From positions 248,001 to 312,000 of the forward strand of contig QPGO01000107.1 in NCBI GenBank assembly GCA_008632985.1: a DNA stretch of 64,000 bases, written 5' to 3'. Below, one piece after another: positions 63,916 to 64,000 of the stretch. The position numbers and the translations under genes were made by a program. Numbering within the stretch: position 1 is the first letter of the stretch; every line of letters begins with the position of its first letter. Under the pieces are notes generated by a model, which searched no databases, was not told where the DNA came from, and saw nothing but the letters and a program-made list of their open reading frames with translations. The DNA is from Psammoneis japonica (Eukaryota).

Positions 63916-64000
63916 GAAAAGAAAAAAGCGGCCCTCTTGTCAAATTGATGTGGAGTGAAATTTCATTGGTGGTTTTGCCAGCTGAAGCAGTTGAAAAAAA

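Noticed and set aside
12000..64000. Hundreds of Cys/His-rich ORFs in all six frames, resembling zinc-finger or metallothionein genes
   Set aside because: By-product of TA loss: stops are removed and Tyr becomes Cys/His in decayed TEs.

Overview
Eukaryotic nuclear DNA, most consistent with a diatom (short GT-AG introns, DRP5B/ARC5 dynamin, diatom-style Gypsy, Copia and Plavaka elements). Host genes occupy about 1-10.4 kb (TRP-like channel, likely plastid membrane protein, DRP5B, small hypothetical gene) and about 53.5-55.4 kb (class-3 lipase). The rest is nested transposons. (1) A ~19 kb Plavaka element (10507-29455) contains a Gypsy element, which itself carries a 1.3 kb insert. (2) A TIR element with a 9-bp TSD (34648-45374) contains a Crypton-like element encoding a tyrosine recombinase and a RusA Holliday-junction resolvase; a second Gypsy splits the recombinase. 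(3) There are also Helitron, Copia and MULE relics and a young MITE. The most striking signal is a TE-restricted, strand-symmetric loss of TpA to TpG/CpA, on top of ordinary CpG decay. It runs opposite to fungal RIP, turns Tyr codons (including catalytic ones) into Cys/His, and creates most of the spurious ORFs. All domain calls are by-eye motif recognition; no searches were run.
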